Positions 60,061 to 64,000 of a DNA stretch of 64,000 nucleotides are shown here, piece after piece. The notes under the pieces were generated by a model. That model did not search any database. It saw only the letters and a program-made list of their open reading frames with translations, and was not told the DNA's origin. Numbering within the stretch: position 1 is the first letter of the stretch; every line of letters starts with the position of its first letter. The translations under genes were made by a program, and so were the position numbers. This stretch comes from Macrostomum lignano (taxonomy: Eukaryota): positions 280,003-344,002 of the forward strand of contig NIVC01001178.1 in the NCBI GenBank assembly GCA_002269645.1, given 5' to 3'.

Positions 60061-60229
60061 CATCCGTAAACACCATTTTTTTTATTAGAGGCAGGGGGGT
60101 TGTGTGCACCCTGGCGCACTTTAAGCGACACGCACACAACCGGCGAGAGGCATTACTGCCCATTCCTCTGAGCAGGCATACAAGCGCGCGGATACGTACG
60201 CAGGCACACACTCCCACACAGGAGTGTAC

Positions 60230-60428
60230 AGTGGCCCTAACTTTATAATATCGTTAGGCATGTACACTTCACTGCGCCTTGGGGGGGTTGACTCTCAAGG
60301 CCGTTAATTGCATGAGCAGAGCCAAGCCGAGATTCCAATTCAGCCCCAAATTAATGTGACTGCACTTGGAATCGAGCCTGGGTCGCTGGCACACCAGAGC
60401 CTTCGCTACCGCTGGGCTACGGCCCCCC
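60230..60428 (-). mobile_element. Second tRNA-headed SINE family member
   Basis: Minus strand GGGGGCCGTAGCCCAGCGGTAGCG...CCAGGCTCGATTCC (A and B boxes); body differs from the 54408 family. Confidence 0.6.
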
Positions 60429-60501
60429 AGTAAACACCATAACACCATAACATAACATCAGTAAAACCATAAAATTGCAGAGGTTATAATCCACCGTCTC
60501 T

Positions 60502-63636
<3,135 letters not shown>

Positions 63637-63654
63637 GTAGTTTTGGTTATCTAA

Positions 63655-64000
63655 CAGCTTGACAGGATCTCTAATAGCTTGACAGGGATCTCTAACATTG
63701 ACAGGGATATCTAAGCACTTGACAGGGATCTCTAACAGCTTGACAGGGATCTCTAACAGCTTGACAGGGATCTCTAATAGCTTGACAGGGATCTCTAACA
63801 AGCTTGACAGGGAAATATCTAACAGCTTGACAGGGATCTCTAACAGCTTGACAGGGATCTCTAACAGCTTGACAGGGATCTCTAACAGCTTGACAGGGAT
63901 CTCTAACAGCTTGACAGGGATCTCTAATAGCTTGACAGGGATCTCTAACAGCTTGACAGGATCTGTAACAGCTTGACAGGGATATCTAACAGCTTGACAG
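63655..64000. repeat. 21-bp minisatellite (CTAACAGCTTGACAGGGATCT), truncated by window end
   Basis: Visible directly. Confidence 0.95.

Overview
Eukaryotic (animal) genomic DNA, packed with micro- and minisatellites that fill most larger introns. This architecture resembles what is reported for the flatworm Macrostomum lignano, but the organism is my inference, not shown by the sequence. Genes reconstructed by hand with GT-AG junctions: two intronless DEG/ENaC-family channel paralogs facing each other tail-to-tail (4813-6912 +, 10300-12519 -); a co-oriented minus-strand trio RPE - NUDT8 - JMJD4; then plus-strand TBC1D25, FAM78-like and a frameshift-riddled MFSD2-like gene running off the window end. 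The most unusual structure is the DEG/ENaC pair. Its 3' halves are 99.6% identical inverted arms (5 mismatches in 1149 bp) and strongly GC3-enriched, while its 5' halves (N-terminus, TM1, finger region) are diverged and include a charge-swapped hypervariable loop. A ~500-bp CACTA-ended foldback element sits within about 2 bp of the exact symmetry axis of the pair. Also present: tRNA-headed SINEs with a CORE-like domain, a hAT-type MITE carrying a minisatellite, a possible BEN-domain relic, and a candidate cassette exon in TBC1D25. All coordinates were counted by eye; repeat boundaries are approximate.
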